DNA from: Anaerolineales bacterium
Lineage (GTDB): Bacteria > Chloroflexota > Anaerolineae > Anaerolineales > UBA4823
Direction of reading: 5' to 3'
Assembly: GCA_040326075.1 (NCBI GenBank)
Contig: JBEQLH010000001.1
Location: 9,708 to 42,060, forward strand
DNA: 32,353 nucleotides
The notes under the pieces: generated by a model
Seen by the model: only the letters and a program-made list of their open reading frames with translations
Databases searched by the model: none
Told to the model about the DNA's origin: nothing
Shown: piece by piece, positions 16,001 to 26,019 of the stretch
Numbering within the stretch: the stretch's first letter is position 1
How the letters are laid out: every line of letters starts with the position of its first letter
Program-made: the position numbers and the translations under genes

Positions 16001-18883
16001 ATGTCATCAAAATCAATTCAAGTTGTTGGAGCGCGGGAACATAATTTAAAAAATATTTCAGTGGATATCCCACGCGATAAGTTTGTAGTGATAACAGGTC
16101 TTTCCGGTTCAGGGAAATCCTCATTAGCCTTTGATACCATTTTTGCTGAAGGACAACGGCGCTATGTAGAATCACTCTCTTCATACGCCCGTCAATTCTT
16201 AGGCCAGATGGACAAGCCAGATGTTGATTACATAGAAGGTCTTTCCCCATCGGTATCTATCGATCAAAAAGGTGTATCGCATAACCCCCGATCTACCGTT
16301 GGCACAGTCACTGAAGTTTACGACTATCTGCGCTTACTGTTTGCCAGAGTTGGTATTCCTCACTGCCCGATCTGTAGAAGGGAAGTGGAGCGTCAATCCG
16401 CCCAGGAGATAGTCGATGCTGTGGAAGCCTTACCAGAGGATTCCCGTATGTTAATCCTGGCTCCAGTAGTGCGCGGTCGCAAAGGCACCCACCAGGCAGT
16501 CTTGGACGAGATTCAGAAATCCGGATTCGCTCGTACCCGAGTTGACGGTGAAATTTATGAGCATGATCAAGAGATTACTCTTGACCGCTACAAGAATCAC
16601 AATATCGAAGCTGTAGTTGATCGATTGATCTTGCGTCAGCCCGAACAACCGGAAGAAGCAGAAAGCTTCCGCACCAGGTTGACCGATTCGATCGAGACCG
16701 CCCTAAAATTTGGTGACGGCTACCTGATTATCGAGGATATCACCAATCCCAAAGAACCTTTCGACCATTATTTCTCTGAGCATCTGGCCTGCCCAGAACA
16801 TGGGGTCAGCATGCCAGAGATTGAACCGCGCACCTTCTCTTTCAACACCCCACATGGTGCTTGCCCAGATTGCCAGGGATTAGGTGGCAAACTGGAGATC
16901 GATCCAGGTCTGCTCATCCCTGATCGCGAAAGATCCCTCCAGGATGGTGCGATTTCTGTTTCCGAATGGAGTGGTCCGCGGGAGGAAGGTGGCTATTATT
17001 GGCAGACCCTGGAAGCAGCAGCGAGCGAGTACAAAATCGATTTGGATGCCCCGGTTCGTACAATTTCACAAGAAAAGCTGGATATCATTTTGTATGGCAC
17101 AAATGGGAACGAAGTTACCGTTCACTATCGCAATCGGAATGGACGCCAGGCGACTTTCCGCACCCCATTTGAAGGGGTGATAAATAATCTGCAGCGCAGG
17201 TATAACGAAACAAACTCTGAATATATGCGCAGCAAGATATCGGAGTATATGAATGAACATACCTGTACAACCTGCCATGGCGCCCGTTTACGACCCGAAG
17301 CTTTGGCTGTCACATTAGGTGATGTTAACATCATCACCGTCACCCAATGGCCTGTGCAACGTACACTATCCTGGATTCAACAATTGAACAGCTCAGAGAC
17401 ACAATTCACCGAAAGACAGATTGTAATCGCTTCACGTATTCTCAAGGAGATCATCGATCGCCTCGGATTTTTAGTTGATGTCGGTTTGGATTACCTAACC
17501 CTTGATCGTACGGCTGCCAGCCTGTCAGGAGGTGAAGCTCAACGTATCCGCTTGGCAACACAAATCGGATCCCGCTTGATGGGAGTTCTTTATGTTCTCG
17601 ACGAGCCATCCATCGGTCTTCACCCACGTGATAATGCCCGGCTGTTAACTACTCTCCAGGAATTGCGAGATATTGGAAACACGGTGTTGGTTGTTGAGCA
17701 CGACGAAGAAACTATCCGTCGTGCTGATTGGATCGTAGACCTGGGACCCGGAGCCGGGGAGCACGGTGGAGAGGTGATCGCTGAAGGTCCTGTTGAAAAA
17801 ATCTTACAATCAAAGGAATCTCTCACCGCAGCTTATCTGACGCGCAGGTTGCAGATTCCCATTCCCGAAATCCGTCGCCCAGGAAACGATAAAACCCTCT
17901 CTGTGATTGGAGCTCGCCAGAATAATCTTAAGAACATCGACGTGCATATTCCTCTCGGCAGGCTTGTATGTATCACTGGGGTATCTGGTTCAGGAAAGTC
18001 AAGCCTGATGGTGGAGGTCCTGTATAAGGCCCTGGCCCGCCAACTCAACCGCTCACGAATCCTACCTGGTGATTATGATCACCTGGAAGGTGTGGATAAC
18101 CTGGATAAGATCATCAATATCGACCAATCACCCATCGGTCGTACCCCACGATCCAACCCTGGCACGTATACTGGATTATTCGACCAGATTCGCAGCTTAT
18201 TTGCTGAGTTACCTGAGAGCAAAATCCGCGGCTACAAAATGGGGCGTTTCTCATTCAATGTTCGGGGGGGACGTTGTGAAGCCTGCCAGGGACAGGGTCA
18301 GCTGCGAATCGAGATGCAGTTCCTGCCTGATGTATATGTGCCCTGCGACGTGTGCCACGGGTCGCGTTATAATCGGGAGACCCTCCAGGTACGCTTCAAA
18401 GACTACAATATTTCCGATGTGCTCGATATGACCGTAGACACCGCGGCTGAGGTCTTCACCGCCTTTCCAAAAATGATCAATAAATTAATAACCCTGCAAG
18501 ATGTTGGCCTGGGATATATTCGCATCGGCCAACCGGCGCCAACCCTTTCCGGTGGTGAGGCTCAACGGGTCAAATTATCTCGTGAGCTCTCCAAGCGCTC
18601 GACGGGCAGCACCCTTTATGTGTTGGATGAACCTTCAGTGGGCTTACACGCCGCGGATGTACATAAATTAATTGATGTGCTTCATCGCCTGGTTGACGCC
18701 GGTAATAGTGTGGTGATCATCGAGCACAACCTGGATATCATCAAGGTCGCGGATTACATCATCGATTTAGGTCCCGAAGGTGGAGATGGGGGTGGTGAGA
18801 TCGTCGCCGTGGGTACCCCCGAGGAAGTTTGCGCCGTGCCAGATTCTTATACTGGTCAGTTTCTCAGCCAATTCTGTCTCTAA
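16001..18883 (+). CDS. uvrA: Excinuclease ABC subunit A (class I UvrA)
   Basis: Two ABC modules, with Walker [10 protein letters not shown] and GVSGSGKSS and the signature LSGGEAQR twice. CxxC zinc modules include CPICRRE, CPDCQG, CTTCHG, CEACQG and CDVCHG. ATG at 16001 is preferred to TTG at 15989. Confidence 0.95.
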   Translation: MSSKSIQVVGAREHNLKNISVDIPRDKFVVITGLSGSGKSSLAFDTIFAEGQRRYVESLSSYARQFLGQMDKPDVDYIEGLSPSVSIDQKGVSHNPRSTVGTVTEVYDYLRLLFARVGIPHCPICRREVERQSAQEIVDAVEALPEDSRMLILAPVVRGRKGTHQAVLDEIQKSGFARTRVDGEIYEHDQEITLDRYKNHNIEAVVDRLILRQPEQPEEAESFRTRLTDSIETALKFGDGYLIIEDITNPKEPFDHYFSEHLACPEHGVSMPEIEPRTFSFNTPHGACPDCQGLGGKLEIDPGLLIPDRERSLQDGAISVSEWSGPREEGGYYWQTLEAAASEYKIDLDAPVRTISQEKLDIILYGTNGNEVTVHYRNRNGRQATFRTPFEGVINNLQRRYNETNSEYMRSKISEYMNEHTCTTCHGARLRPEALAVTLGDVNIITVTQWPVQRTLSWIQQLNSSETQFTERQIVIASRILKEIIDRLGFLVDVGLDYLTLDRTAASLSGGEAQRIRLATQIGSRLMGVLYVLDEPSIGLHPRDNARLLTTLQELRDIGNTVLVVEHDEETIRRADWIVDLGPGAGEHGGEVIAEGPVEKILQSKESLTAAYLTRRLQIPIPEIRRPGNDKTLSVIGARQNNLKNIDVHIPLGRLVCITGVSGSGKSSLMVEVLYKALARQLNRSRILPGDYDHLEGVDNLDKIINIDQSPIGRTPRSNPGTYTGLFDQIRSLFAELPESKIRGYKMGRFSFNVRGGRCEACQGQGQLRIEMQFLPDVYVPCDVCHGSRYNRETLQVRFKDYNISDVLDMTVDTAAEVFTAFPKMINKLITLQDVGLGYIRIGQPAPTLSGGEAQRVKLSRELSKRSTGSTLYVLDEPSVGLHAADVHKLIDVLHRLVDAGNSVVIIEHNLDIIKVADYIIDLGPEGGDGGGEIVAVGTPEEVCAVPDSYTGQFLSQFCL

Positions 18884-18904
18884 CAGCAAATCTTATATCA
18901 TCAG

Positions 18905-18934
18905 CTCGATAAATGAGGGCTCATTTCCATCGAG
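18905..18934. terminator. Possible hairpin terminator between convergent uvrA and the hydrolase gene
   Basis: CTCGAT-AAATGA ... TCATTT-(CC bulge)-ATCGAG gives about 12 bp of stem. There is no U-tract on either strand, so support is weak. Confidence 0.25.
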
Positions 18935-19029
18935 ATTAATCACTGGTGGTGGGACAGATTACTGGCCTTGTGAAGAATCCTCACAATGATTAACTCAAAA
19001 TCAGAAAATCACTGATCTATCAAGCCTTC

Positions 19030-19914
19030 TTATTGGAGATTATCATCCAGCCAATCAATGATTAGATCCGCCAATTCTGGTTCACGCTCAAACATGTGCA
19101 ATCCATGACCAGCACCCTGGTACATAACCAACCTGGCCTCCCCCGATGCGATCTCTTGCAACCTGCTGGAGGAATCGGCGGCGTAGGTATCCTCCTCGCT
19201 GGCCACGATCAACACCGGGCGTTCACCATAATTGAGAAGATGATCGCGGATTTCTACGCCAGCATAATTCAACCCAGGTGAAAGGAGAACCACTGTTCTG
19301 GCATTTGAATTATCAGCTCCGGTGACAAGAGCTAAATTCGCACCGATACTTGCGCCAGCAACTGCCATGTTATTTTCATCAATTTCCGGTCTTTCTCCAA
19401 GATAGTTCCAAAGCAGCTGCAGATCATCTCCAGCTAATTCCCAATCCACTTCTCCACCAGTGTCACCATGACCGCGTATATCCAACGTGAATACCACGTA
19501 ACCGGCATCCGCCATCTGGATGGCAAAATCCTCCCAGGAACTCCGATCACCCCACATCATGTGTAGCAGCATCACCCCAGGCCAGGGTGGAGAGGAATCT
19601 CCTGGCGTGTACAAAGTGCCTACCAAATTCAATCCATCAGTCCCTTCGACTTCTACACGTTCCCCCATCATTATTTCTTGCTCACCTGTAATTTGGGGAG
19701 AGGCACTAGCTGCCAGAATTTCCTCCTCGGTCGGTGTAATTGTCACAGTCATCCTAGGGGTTACCGTCTTGGAAGGAGTAAGAGTCGGTTGGGGTGTATG
19801 TGTTGGAGTATCTACAGGTTCTTCTGTTCGGATTGCTGCAAAATTTGAAGATTGACAAGCAGCCAGAAGGAATCCTAACAGGCAGTAAAAGCCCAATGTA
19901 CTTCGTAAAGACAT
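19030..19914 (-). CDS. Exported alpha/beta-hydrolase lipoprotein (dienelactone hydrolase / S9-like)
   Basis: Lipobox LLAAC, a Thr/Pro-rich linker, nucleophile elbow GASIG, and a C-terminal GAGHG block. Confidence 0.75.
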   Translation of the reverse strand: MSLRSTLGFYCLLGFLLAACQSSNFAAIRTEEPVDTPTHTPQPTLTPSKTVTPRMTVTITPTEEEILAASASPQITGEQEIMMGERVEVEGTDGLNLVGTLYTPGDSSPPWPGVMLLHMMWGDRSSWEDFAIQMADAGYVVFTLDIRGHGDTGGEVDWELAGDDLQLLWNYLGERPEIDENNMAVAGASIGANLALVTGADNSNARTVVLLSPGLNYAGVEIRDHLLNYGERPVLIVASEEDTYAADSSSRLQEIASGEARLVMYQGAGHGLHMFEREPELADLIIDWLDDNLQ

Positions 19915-21164
19915 TATTCAGTTGTCTCCATTCTGCCTTGGATGTCTTTTCTGGTCTTGATCTGGTAATTTTCATCCCCGGCCATTAATCCAGATAACGG
20001 TTGGCTTTTGAGATCCATCACCTTGCTGTTGGCGAAATACTCAAAATCAAACTCGATTGGATCTCCCCCAAGTTTTCCAGGTATCGGCATCAATCGCGCA
20101 GTGAGCGGTTTACCCAGGCGTTGCGCTAAAGCCGCCAGGTCGAGCAGAATGGCATGCAGCTGCTCTTCTGAAACATCTCCCGCCAATGGAATAGTGTCCA
20201 GCCCAGTTCCACATACTGCTGAGTAGAGCAGCAAGTCATTGATCGCCAACTTTCCTTCAAAAGCACGTTTCGCCAGCACGGTATCCTCCATGACCGGTAA
20301 CATAACTCCACTAAAGCCAGTCCGCTGGAATTGAGCCTGGTCAAGCGCTTCCGCCAGAAATGCTACTGCTGCTAAGGAACCATGATCGCCGAGTGCTGTC
20401 ACACCTAACCCCTCAATCGCCGTGCCAATCGATTGTTCAGCCCGCGGAAATGGCGCCAGAGAGAAATCGATCCCCCCGAAAATTATCCCATATCGTTCTG
20501 CTAATTCATGACCCAATCTGGATAATGCAGCAGCGTGCGTTTCGATGCTCTGGACCAGCTTGCTGCGAGCATCCTCCAAACTGGATGCCTGACTGATGGC
20601 TTCAACGGCAAAATCTGCTGCTTCAGTGGCTATTGCAAAGGCAGGCTTTCCCGGATCTTGATGATACGCAGCAGGCAGGAATGGTGAACCAGGGGGGACA
20701 TTCGCCAGTGCGGCAAAGCGCAAATTTGCAAATCCATCATCTGAGATTCCTGCTATGCGTTTAATTGCTGCTGCGCACGCTTTAATCGCAGTGAAGACGA
20801 TCCCGTTCCTGCCTGAGGATATAATCCCTGCCCCAAATACATTTTGGGTGTTCTCCAGGAGCTCCGGAAGAATTGAATAACTGGCTGGATATTCCGGTAT
20901 CGCCGGTCCGATGGAAACAAAATCAAATCCATCCGGGATCAAATGTCCTTCCAATTCCTTAGCATACAGAACCGCTTCTTTGTTCATCTGAGAACCCAAA
21001 ACCTGTGGGAATGGAGGTGTTGCCAAACGCGTGGTCTGTACTTCGTATCCACCGTTTTGGAAAGTTTCGCGCGCAGGTGTGATAAATCCCTTTGCTCTTT
21101 GCAATCTTGACCCATCCAACGGCCACAGCAGATTATCAAAATAAGTGATCGAGCGGATCTTCAT
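19914..21164 (-). CDS. DUF711 / UPF0210-like protein, function unknown
   Basis: The N-terminus MKIRSITYF and the central block GFSGVMLPVMEDTVLA resemble the DUF711 family (recognised from memory). The start overlaps the TrmH-like stop (ATGA), and the stop overlaps the hydrolase start (TAATG). Confidence 0.5.
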   Translation of the reverse strand: MKIRSITYFDNLLWPLDGSRLQRAKGFITPARETFQNGGYEVQTTRLATPPFPQVLGSQMNKEAVLYAKELEGHLIPDGFDFVSIGPAIPEYPASYSILPELLENTQNVFGAGIISSGRNGIVFTAIKACAAAIKRIAGISDDGFANLRFAALANVPPGSPFLPAAYHQDPGKPAFAIATEAADFAVEAISQASSLEDARSKLVQSIETHAAALSRLGHELAERYGIIFGGIDFSLAPFPRAEQSIGTAIEGLGVTALGDHGSLAAVAFLAEALDQAQFQRTGFSGVMLPVMEDTVLAKRAFEGKLAINDLLLYSAVCGTGLDTIPLAGDVSEEQLHAILLDLAALAQRLGKPLTARLMPIPGKLGGDPIEFDFEYFANSKVMDLKSQPLSGLMAGDENYQIKTRKDIQGRMETTE

Positions 21165-21961
21165 GATCTCTTTCCTCTTTGACGGCTAACTTCAAATAAC
21201 AAAATCCCTGCAGCCACGGATACATTCAATGATTCTCCCCCACCAGGCATGGGTATCTGGATAAGCGATTCTGCTGTTTGGTAAGCTGGTTCACCTGCAC
21301 CACTGGCTTCTCCGCCGAGGATCAACGCCAGGGGATGCCGGTAATCAACCTGGTAATAGACTTGACCACGATTCGCCACAGCCAGGTATGATCGCAAACC
21401 AGAATTCTCGATTAGAGATTGGATTTGCTCCCAATCAGCATTATGAACAGGTAATATAAAATGAGCACCCATCGCTCCTCGAACAACCTTCGGAGAAAAT
21501 TGATCCACTGTGCCAGGTGTGAGCATTACCGCTTGAACGCTTATCGCGGCTGCTGAGCGTAGAATTGTCCCCAAATTTCCAGGATCACGCAGCTGGTCGA
21601 GAACAAGGATAAAATCCATGATTTCTGGAATGGGAAGGGAACGCATACCCATTACTGCCAGGATACCTTGGGGGGTTTCAGTATCACTTACCGCCCGCAT
21701 AACCTTAGGACTCACTACCGCGACCTTTGTACCTTGGGAATGAAAAGCATCAACCAGCTGCATCCCACGGCCGCTCAATTCTTCCGAAAAAAGAACTAAA
21801 CGCGTCTCCCAATCAGATTTTTGTGCCTCCTCCAATAAGCGCACTCCTTCTATGACGAACGCTTTTTCAGATCGTCTTTCTTTCGATCTGGCTTGAAGGC
21901 TACGCACATATTTGATAGTCGGATTGTGGACGGAAGAGATCATTTCATCACTCTGCATCAT
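21161..21961 (-). CDS. TrmH/SpoU-family RNA 2'-O-methyltransferase (RlmB-like)
   Basis: An N-terminal substrate-binding region is followed by SPOUT-knot blocks (DPGNLGTILRSA, LILGGEASG, IPMPGGGESLNVSVAAGILLFE). Confidence 0.85.
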   Translation of the reverse strand: MMQSDEMISSVHNPTIKYVRSLQARSKERRSEKAFVIEGVRLLEEAQKSDWETRLVLFSEELSGRGMQLVDAFHSQGTKVAVVSPKVMRAVSDTETPQGILAVMGMRSLPIPEIMDFILVLDQLRDPGNLGTILRSAAAISVQAVMLTPGTVDQFSPKVVRGAMGAHFILPVHNADWEQIQSLIENSGLRSYLAVANRGQVYYQVDYRHPLALILGGEASGAGEPAYQTAESLIQIPMPGGGESLNVSVAAGILLFEVSRQRGKRS

Positions 21962-21977
21962 GTTATAAAAATAAAGA

Positions 21978-22559
21978 TTATCCAGCGGACTTGTGGGACT
22001 TGAAGGTCGAATTCCAAATCCGGTAAAAGATATCCAGCGATTCCTGATCGAAAAGTATCAGGCGCACCACTTCCAATTTTGATTCACGATATTTTGCGAA
22101 GTAATTTTGAAAAGCGCGCAATATTATTACCGCTGCTTGCTCCTTTGGGAAACCATAAATCCCTGTCGATACTGCAGGGAATGAAATTGAAGCAACTGCT
22201 AAGTCATTCCCCAATTTCAGAGCGCCCATGATAGTTGCACCAAGTTTGTATTCCTCATCCCCTTCACCCCACACTGGACCAACTGTATGAATCACATAAC
22301 GACAGGGAAGGTTTCCGCCACTGGTATATGCCGGTGATTCTGGCCTGACTGGACCATGTTCGAGCACCCAGCTGTCGCTTTCTGCCTGAATTTGAGGACC
22401 TCCTCTTGCTGCAATTGCTCCAGCTACTCCTCCTCCATGTTTGAGTTGCGCGTTGGCCGCGTTAACAATTGCCTCAGCAACCTCTTTGGTGATGTCACCC
22501 TGCACGATTTGAAGATGCGATCTCGATTCTAGTATTTGTTCACTGATTACCCGGTTCAT
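21978..22559 (-). CDS. Macro-domain protein (ADP-ribose / O-acetyl-ADP-ribose binding or hydrolase)
   Basis: Motifs VQGDIT..., IVNAAN..., GGGVAGAI and FPAVSTGIYGFP. Confidence 0.85.
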   Translation of the reverse strand: MNRVISEQILESRSHLQIVQGDITKEVAEAIVNAANAQLKHGGGVAGAIAARGGPQIQAESDSWVLEHGPVRPESPAYTSGGNLPCRYVIHTVGPVWGEGDEEYKLGATIMGALKLGNDLAVASISFPAVSTGIYGFPKEQAAVIILRAFQNYFAKYRESKLEVVRLILFDQESLDIFYRIWNSTFKSHKSAG

Positions 22560-22574
22560 TTGATTTCTCCGGCG

Positions 22575-22603
22575 ATTGTAGCACTTCCCCCAAACAGAGT
22601 CAA
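22575..22603 (-). promoter_or_regulatory. sigma70-like promoter of the macro/TrmH/DUF711/hydrolase operon
   Basis: On the minus strand: TTGACT (22603-22598), a 17-nt spacer, then TACAAT (22580-22575) preceded by TGC (extended -10). GGAG lies 7 nt before the ATG at 22559. Confidence 0.5.
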
Positions 22604-22688
22604 CGCGGGAAAACTCAGCTCTCTGATCGGATCAATTTTTTTGAATATATAAACTTTATCCAATCTCACCAGTTTGACAACCCAAAGA

Positions 22689-22708
22689 AGGCGGATTGGC
22701 GTCCGCCT
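22689..22708 (-). terminator. Hairpin terminator downstream of rplT
   Basis: On the minus strand: AGGCGGA-cgccaa-TCCGCCT followed by TCTTTGGG, 30 nt after the rplT stop. The U-tract is modest. Confidence 0.5.
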
Positions 22709-22739
22709 ATTTCTATTTATTATTGATCGATGAAAGGGA

Positions 22740-23090
22740 TTAGCTGGCTTGAGCTTTTTCGACGACTGCTGAGAATGCCTTGGGGTCTCTAACTGCCATA
22801 TCTGCCAGCATTTTTCGGTTTAATCCAATTTCAGACTGCTTTAATTGGTATATTAACCTGCTGTATGTAATTCCGTTCAATCTGGCTGCGGCATTGATTC
22901 GGGCAATCCACAACCGACGCAGATCACGTTTACGGTTGCGCCGATCGCGGTACGAATACCATAAGCTTTTAAGCATGGCTTCATTAGCTATACGAAATAA
23001 CTGATGACGGGAGCCGAACTGACCCTTGGTCATCTTGAGAACTTTCTTATGATGCCGGCGACGATGAGGTCCGGTTTTTACTCTTGCCAT
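22740..23090 (-). CDS. rplT: 50S ribosomal protein L20
   Basis: [29 protein letters not shown]...[24 protein letters not shown] is the canonical L20 sequence pattern. Confidence 0.95.
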   Translation of the reverse strand: MARVKTGPHRRRHHKKVLKMTKGQFGSRHQLFRIANEAMLKSLWYSYRDRRNRKRDLRRLWIARINAAARLNGITYSRLIYQLKQSEIGLNRKMLADMAVRDPKAFSAVVEKAQAS

Positions 23091-23201
23091 AATTTATACT
23101 CCTGCGTACCCTTGAGCGCCAGTACCCGTGTCTTTTACCACACGCAGATTACTCGTTGCATACACCCAACAGCCGCAATAATTTAGAATTTCTCTGATAA
23201 T

Positions 23202-23438
23202 CTAACTTGTTTTTTTCAAGTTTGGCGCTAAGCGCTGGACACGTTTCTTGATGCCGCGCCCTTTGACTGGAATCATCTCCGTAAACAAACGCTTCGTTCG
23301 TTTGGAGGTTACCCGTCGTCTATGGCTCTTGCCACCTTTTGTACGTACCAGCTTTCCAGTTCCTGTAAGACGGAACCTTTTTGCGGTTGCCTTATGGGTT
23401 TTTAATTTATATTTGCCTGTCTTTTTCTTACGCGGCAC
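23202..23438 (-). CDS. rpmI: 50S ribosomal protein L35
   Basis: KLKTHKATAKRFRLTGTGKLVRTKGGKSH is the L35 core. The start was moved to the GTG at 23438, with GGAG 8 nt upstream. The ORF-track N-terminal 21 aa have no L35 counterpart. Confidence 0.8.
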   Translation of the reverse strand: MPRKKKTGKYKLKTHKATAKRFRLTGTGKLVRTKGGKSHRRRVTSKRTKRLFTEMIPVKGRGIKKRVQRLAPNLKKTS

Positions 23439-23536
23439 AGCGATAACTCCTCTCACATAAAATTCCGCGGTACATCTTCCATCCCCGGATATTATCAGCA
23501 AATGTTAGTTTTGGTTTACTCAATCAAAATTGATTA

Positions 23537-24061
23537 TTATTTCTTCTTTGCCTTAGTCGGGGCTAAGACCATCAACATACTGTTCCCTTCCAGGGAAGGT
23601 TTCTGCTCAACAACAGCGATATCAGAAAGCTCTTCTGTTATTGATTTTAAGTCATTTAGCGCTATTTCCGGATATGTGATTTCGCGGCCTCTGAAGCGGA
23701 TGCGCACTTTTACCTTCATCCCATTTTCCAGCCACCGTCTGGCATCCCGTACTTTGAAACCACGGTGGTGCTCAGTTGTCTTCGGTCGCAAACGGATTTC
23801 TTTGATCTCGACTTTGACTTGGGCTTTCCGCGCCTCTCTTTCCTTTTTTGTTCGCTCGTAAAGAAACTTTCCGTAATCCATCACCCTGCAAACCGGGGGG
23901 TCTGCATTTGGGGCTACCTCAACCAGGTCGAGGTCTGCTTCCTGAGCGATGCGGTGGGCATCTTCCGTTGAAACGACGCCAACATTTTCTCCGCTAGCGT
24001 CAATTAATCGCACTTGAGGAACACGAATTGAATTATTTATCCGGAATTGTGATGAGCTAAT
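23537..24061 (-). CDS. infC: Translation initiation factor IF-3, with a non-canonical AUU start
   Basis: In-frame upstream of the ORF-track GTG the sequence reads ATT AGC TCA TCA CAA TTC CGG ATA AAT AAT TCA ATT CGT GTT CCT CAA GTG, i.e. (M)SSSQFRINNSIRVPQVRLID. This aligns with the conserved IF3 N-terminus (..RIN..IR..EVRLI..G). AAGGAG lies 6 nt before the ATT, and an in-frame TAA lies 9 codons upstream of the ATT (24088-24086). Confidence 0.85.
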   Translation of the reverse strand: MSSSQFRINNSIRVPQVRLIDASGENVGVVSTEDAHRIAQEADLDLVEVAPNADPPVCRVMDYGKFLYERTKKEREARKAQVKVEIKEIRLRPKTTEHHRGFKVRDARRWLENGMKVKVRIRFRGREITYPEIALNDLKSITEELSDIAVVEQKPSLEGNSMLMVLAPTKAKKK

Positions 24062-24105
24062 ATTGCACTCCTTTTTAGATTTTACTTACTCAGATTCTTT
24101 AACCT

Positions 24106-24135
24106 AGACCTGCGCATGATACCATATACCAGGCA
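24106..24135 (-). promoter_or_regulatory. Candidate internal promoter for infC-rpmI-rplT
   Basis: On the minus strand: TTGACG (24135-24130), an 18-nt spacer, then TATCAT (24111-24106) preceded by TGG. It lies in the 94-nt thrS-infC spacer. Confidence 0.35.
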
Positions 24136-24155
24136 GAATCGTCAACCGCCGTCCC

Positions 24156-25958
24156 TTAGATCAAAGGTTCTTCACCTTCAGTGATTTCCCTTTTGGCAAG
24201 ATCGAGAAATGCCTGGATGGACATGGCTCCTAGATTTTCTTCCGTTCGAAGCCGGACCGAGACCGATTCCCCTTCTTCCTCCCGATCACCCACAACCAAC
24301 ATATAAGGGATTTTTAGGTTCTGGGCATCCCGGATTTTGGCATTCATCCGTTCTCCACGCTGATCAACTTCTACCCTTATCCCGTCCTTACCCAATAGAT
24401 CAGCAACTTTTTGAGCATATTCAAAATGCCGGTCAGCGATCGGGATCAAGACTGCTTGAACAGGGGCTAACCAGATTGGGAAAGCTCCACCAAAATGCTC
24501 TATCAACACGCCCATGAAACGTTCCATCGAACCAAGTAAAGCACGGTGGATCATGTATGGTCGATGCTCCTGGCCATCTTCGCCAATATAAAACAGGTTA
24601 AACCGTTCCGGCAAGGTGAAATCAAATTGGATCGTGGTCAGCTGCCACTCCCGACCCAGCGCATCACGCACCTTGAGGTCGATCTTCGGACCATAAAATA
24701 CTGCCTCACCCTCGTCAACCTGGTATGGAATTTCAGCTCGGATAAGGGCTTTCCGCAACGCTTCTGTTGGCGCTTCCCATTGTTCGGCTTCACCAGCAGC
24801 TTTTTCAGGGTCGCGCGTCGACAGATACGCCTGAAAATCATTGAATCCGAATGCTCTTAATATATTCAGGCTGAACTCCAGAACGCGATCGATCTCTTCT
24901 GGCATTTGGTCCGGCTGGATGAAAAGGTGCGCATCATCCTGGGTGAATCCTCGTACTCGCAGTAATCCATGAAGTACCCCACTGCGTTCATAGCGGTAAA
25001 CTGTACCCCATTCGGCGAACCGCAGAGGTAGATCCCGATATGAGCGGATTTTGCTCTTATAAATCTGGATATGGAACGGGCAGTTCATTGGTTTCAGGTA
25101 ATATTCCTGGCCTTCAATATCCAATGGAGAATACATATTTTCTTGGTACCAGTCCAGGTGACCGCTCGTCTCCCACAGGTGCGCCTTCCCAATATGCGGA
25201 GAATAAACAAAATCATATCCGCCTATTTCATGCTGTTCACGACAATAATCCTCGGCCAGCTTCCGCACCATGCCGCCTTTAGGATGCCAGAGGATAAGCC
25301 CAGGACCAACCTCTTCATTGACGCTAAACAGATCGAGCTCCTTCCCCAACCGACGATGGTCACGCTTGCGAGCTTCTTCTAACTTCCATAGATATTGTTC
25401 GAGATCATCAGCTGATTCCCAGGCTGTACCATATATGCGCTGCAGCATTGGGCGCTTCTCATCGCCGCGCCAGTATGCTCCCGCCACATTTAGTAATTTA
25501 ACGGCATCCGGGTTTATTTTTCCGGTGTTGACGACATGTGGTCCGCGACACAAATCGATGAATTGATCCTGCTGATAAATGGAGATCTCTGGTATTTCCT
25601 CCAGTGGTTCCCCGTATTCATCATATCCACCTTGCTCAAGACCATCAATCAGCTCAAGTTTGTATGTTTGGTCTGCGAAAAATTGGCGAGCTTCATCAGC
25701 CTGGAGTACTTTTTTCTCAAATTGATGATCTCCCGCGATGATCTCCCTCATTCGCACCTCTAATACTTCCAGATCCTCCGGGGTTAATGCACGCGGCAGA
25801 TCAAAGTCATAATAGAAGCCGTCTTCAATCGGGGGACCGATGGCAACTTTCCCATCGGGAAACATCTCTATCACAGCTTGGGCCATCACATGTGCAGTTG
25901 AGTGGCGAATCCGGTACAGATCACTCTCCTCGTATTTCAATTTATTATCCTTTGGCAT
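24156..25958 (-). CDS. thrS: Threonine--tRNA ligase (no N-terminal TGS domain)
   Basis: Editing-domain motif RHSTAHVMAQA at residues 18-28. Class II core blocks PMNCPFH, VYRYERSGVLHGLLRVRGFTQDDAH and LGSMERFMGVLIEH, followed by an anticodon-binding tail. The SD GGAGGAAG lies just upstream of the ATG at 25958. Confidence 0.95.
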   Translation of the reverse strand: MPKDNKLKYEESDLYRIRHSTAHVMAQAVIEMFPDGKVAIGPPIEDGFYYDFDLPRALTPEDLEVLEVRMREIIAGDHQFEKKVLQADEARQFFADQTYKLELIDGLEQGGYDEYGEPLEEIPEISIYQQDQFIDLCRGPHVVNTGKINPDAVKLLNVAGAYWRGDEKRPMLQRIYGTAWESADDLEQYLWKLEEARKRDHRRLGKELDLFSVNEEVGPGLILWHPKGGMVRKLAEDYCREQHEIGGYDFVYSPHIGKAHLWETSGHLDWYQENMYSPLDIEGQEYYLKPMNCPFHIQIYKSKIRSYRDLPLRFAEWGTVYRYERSGVLHGLLRVRGFTQDDAHLFIQPDQMPEEIDRVLEFSLNILRAFGFNDFQAYLSTRDPEKAAGEAEQWEAPTEALRKALIRAEIPYQVDEGEAVFYGPKIDLKVRDALGREWQLTTIQFDFTLPERFNLFYIGEDGQEHRPYMIHRALLGSMERFMGVLIEHFGGAFPIWLAPVQAVLIPIADRHFEYAQKVADLLGKDGIRVEVDQRGERMNAKIRDAQNLKIPYMLVVGDREEEGESVSVRLRTEENLGAMSIQAFLDLAKREITEGEEPLI

Positions 25959-26019
25959 GACTTCCTCCTATCGAAACTTCATTAATTCCTAGATCTTCAG
26001 AATTTCATCATATAGGAAA

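Noticed and set aside
23091-23201. The 111-nt rpmI-rplT spacer has a possible long-range helix CTGCGT/ACGCAG (23147-23142 with 23107-23102) touching the rplT SD, plus an inner CGTGT/ACACG hairpin. This could be an L20 autoregulatory structure.
   Set aside because: The helix is only 6 bp and overlaps the AGGAG by 2 nt. I cannot demonstrate similarity to the known L20 leader or operator. It would need covariation analysis.
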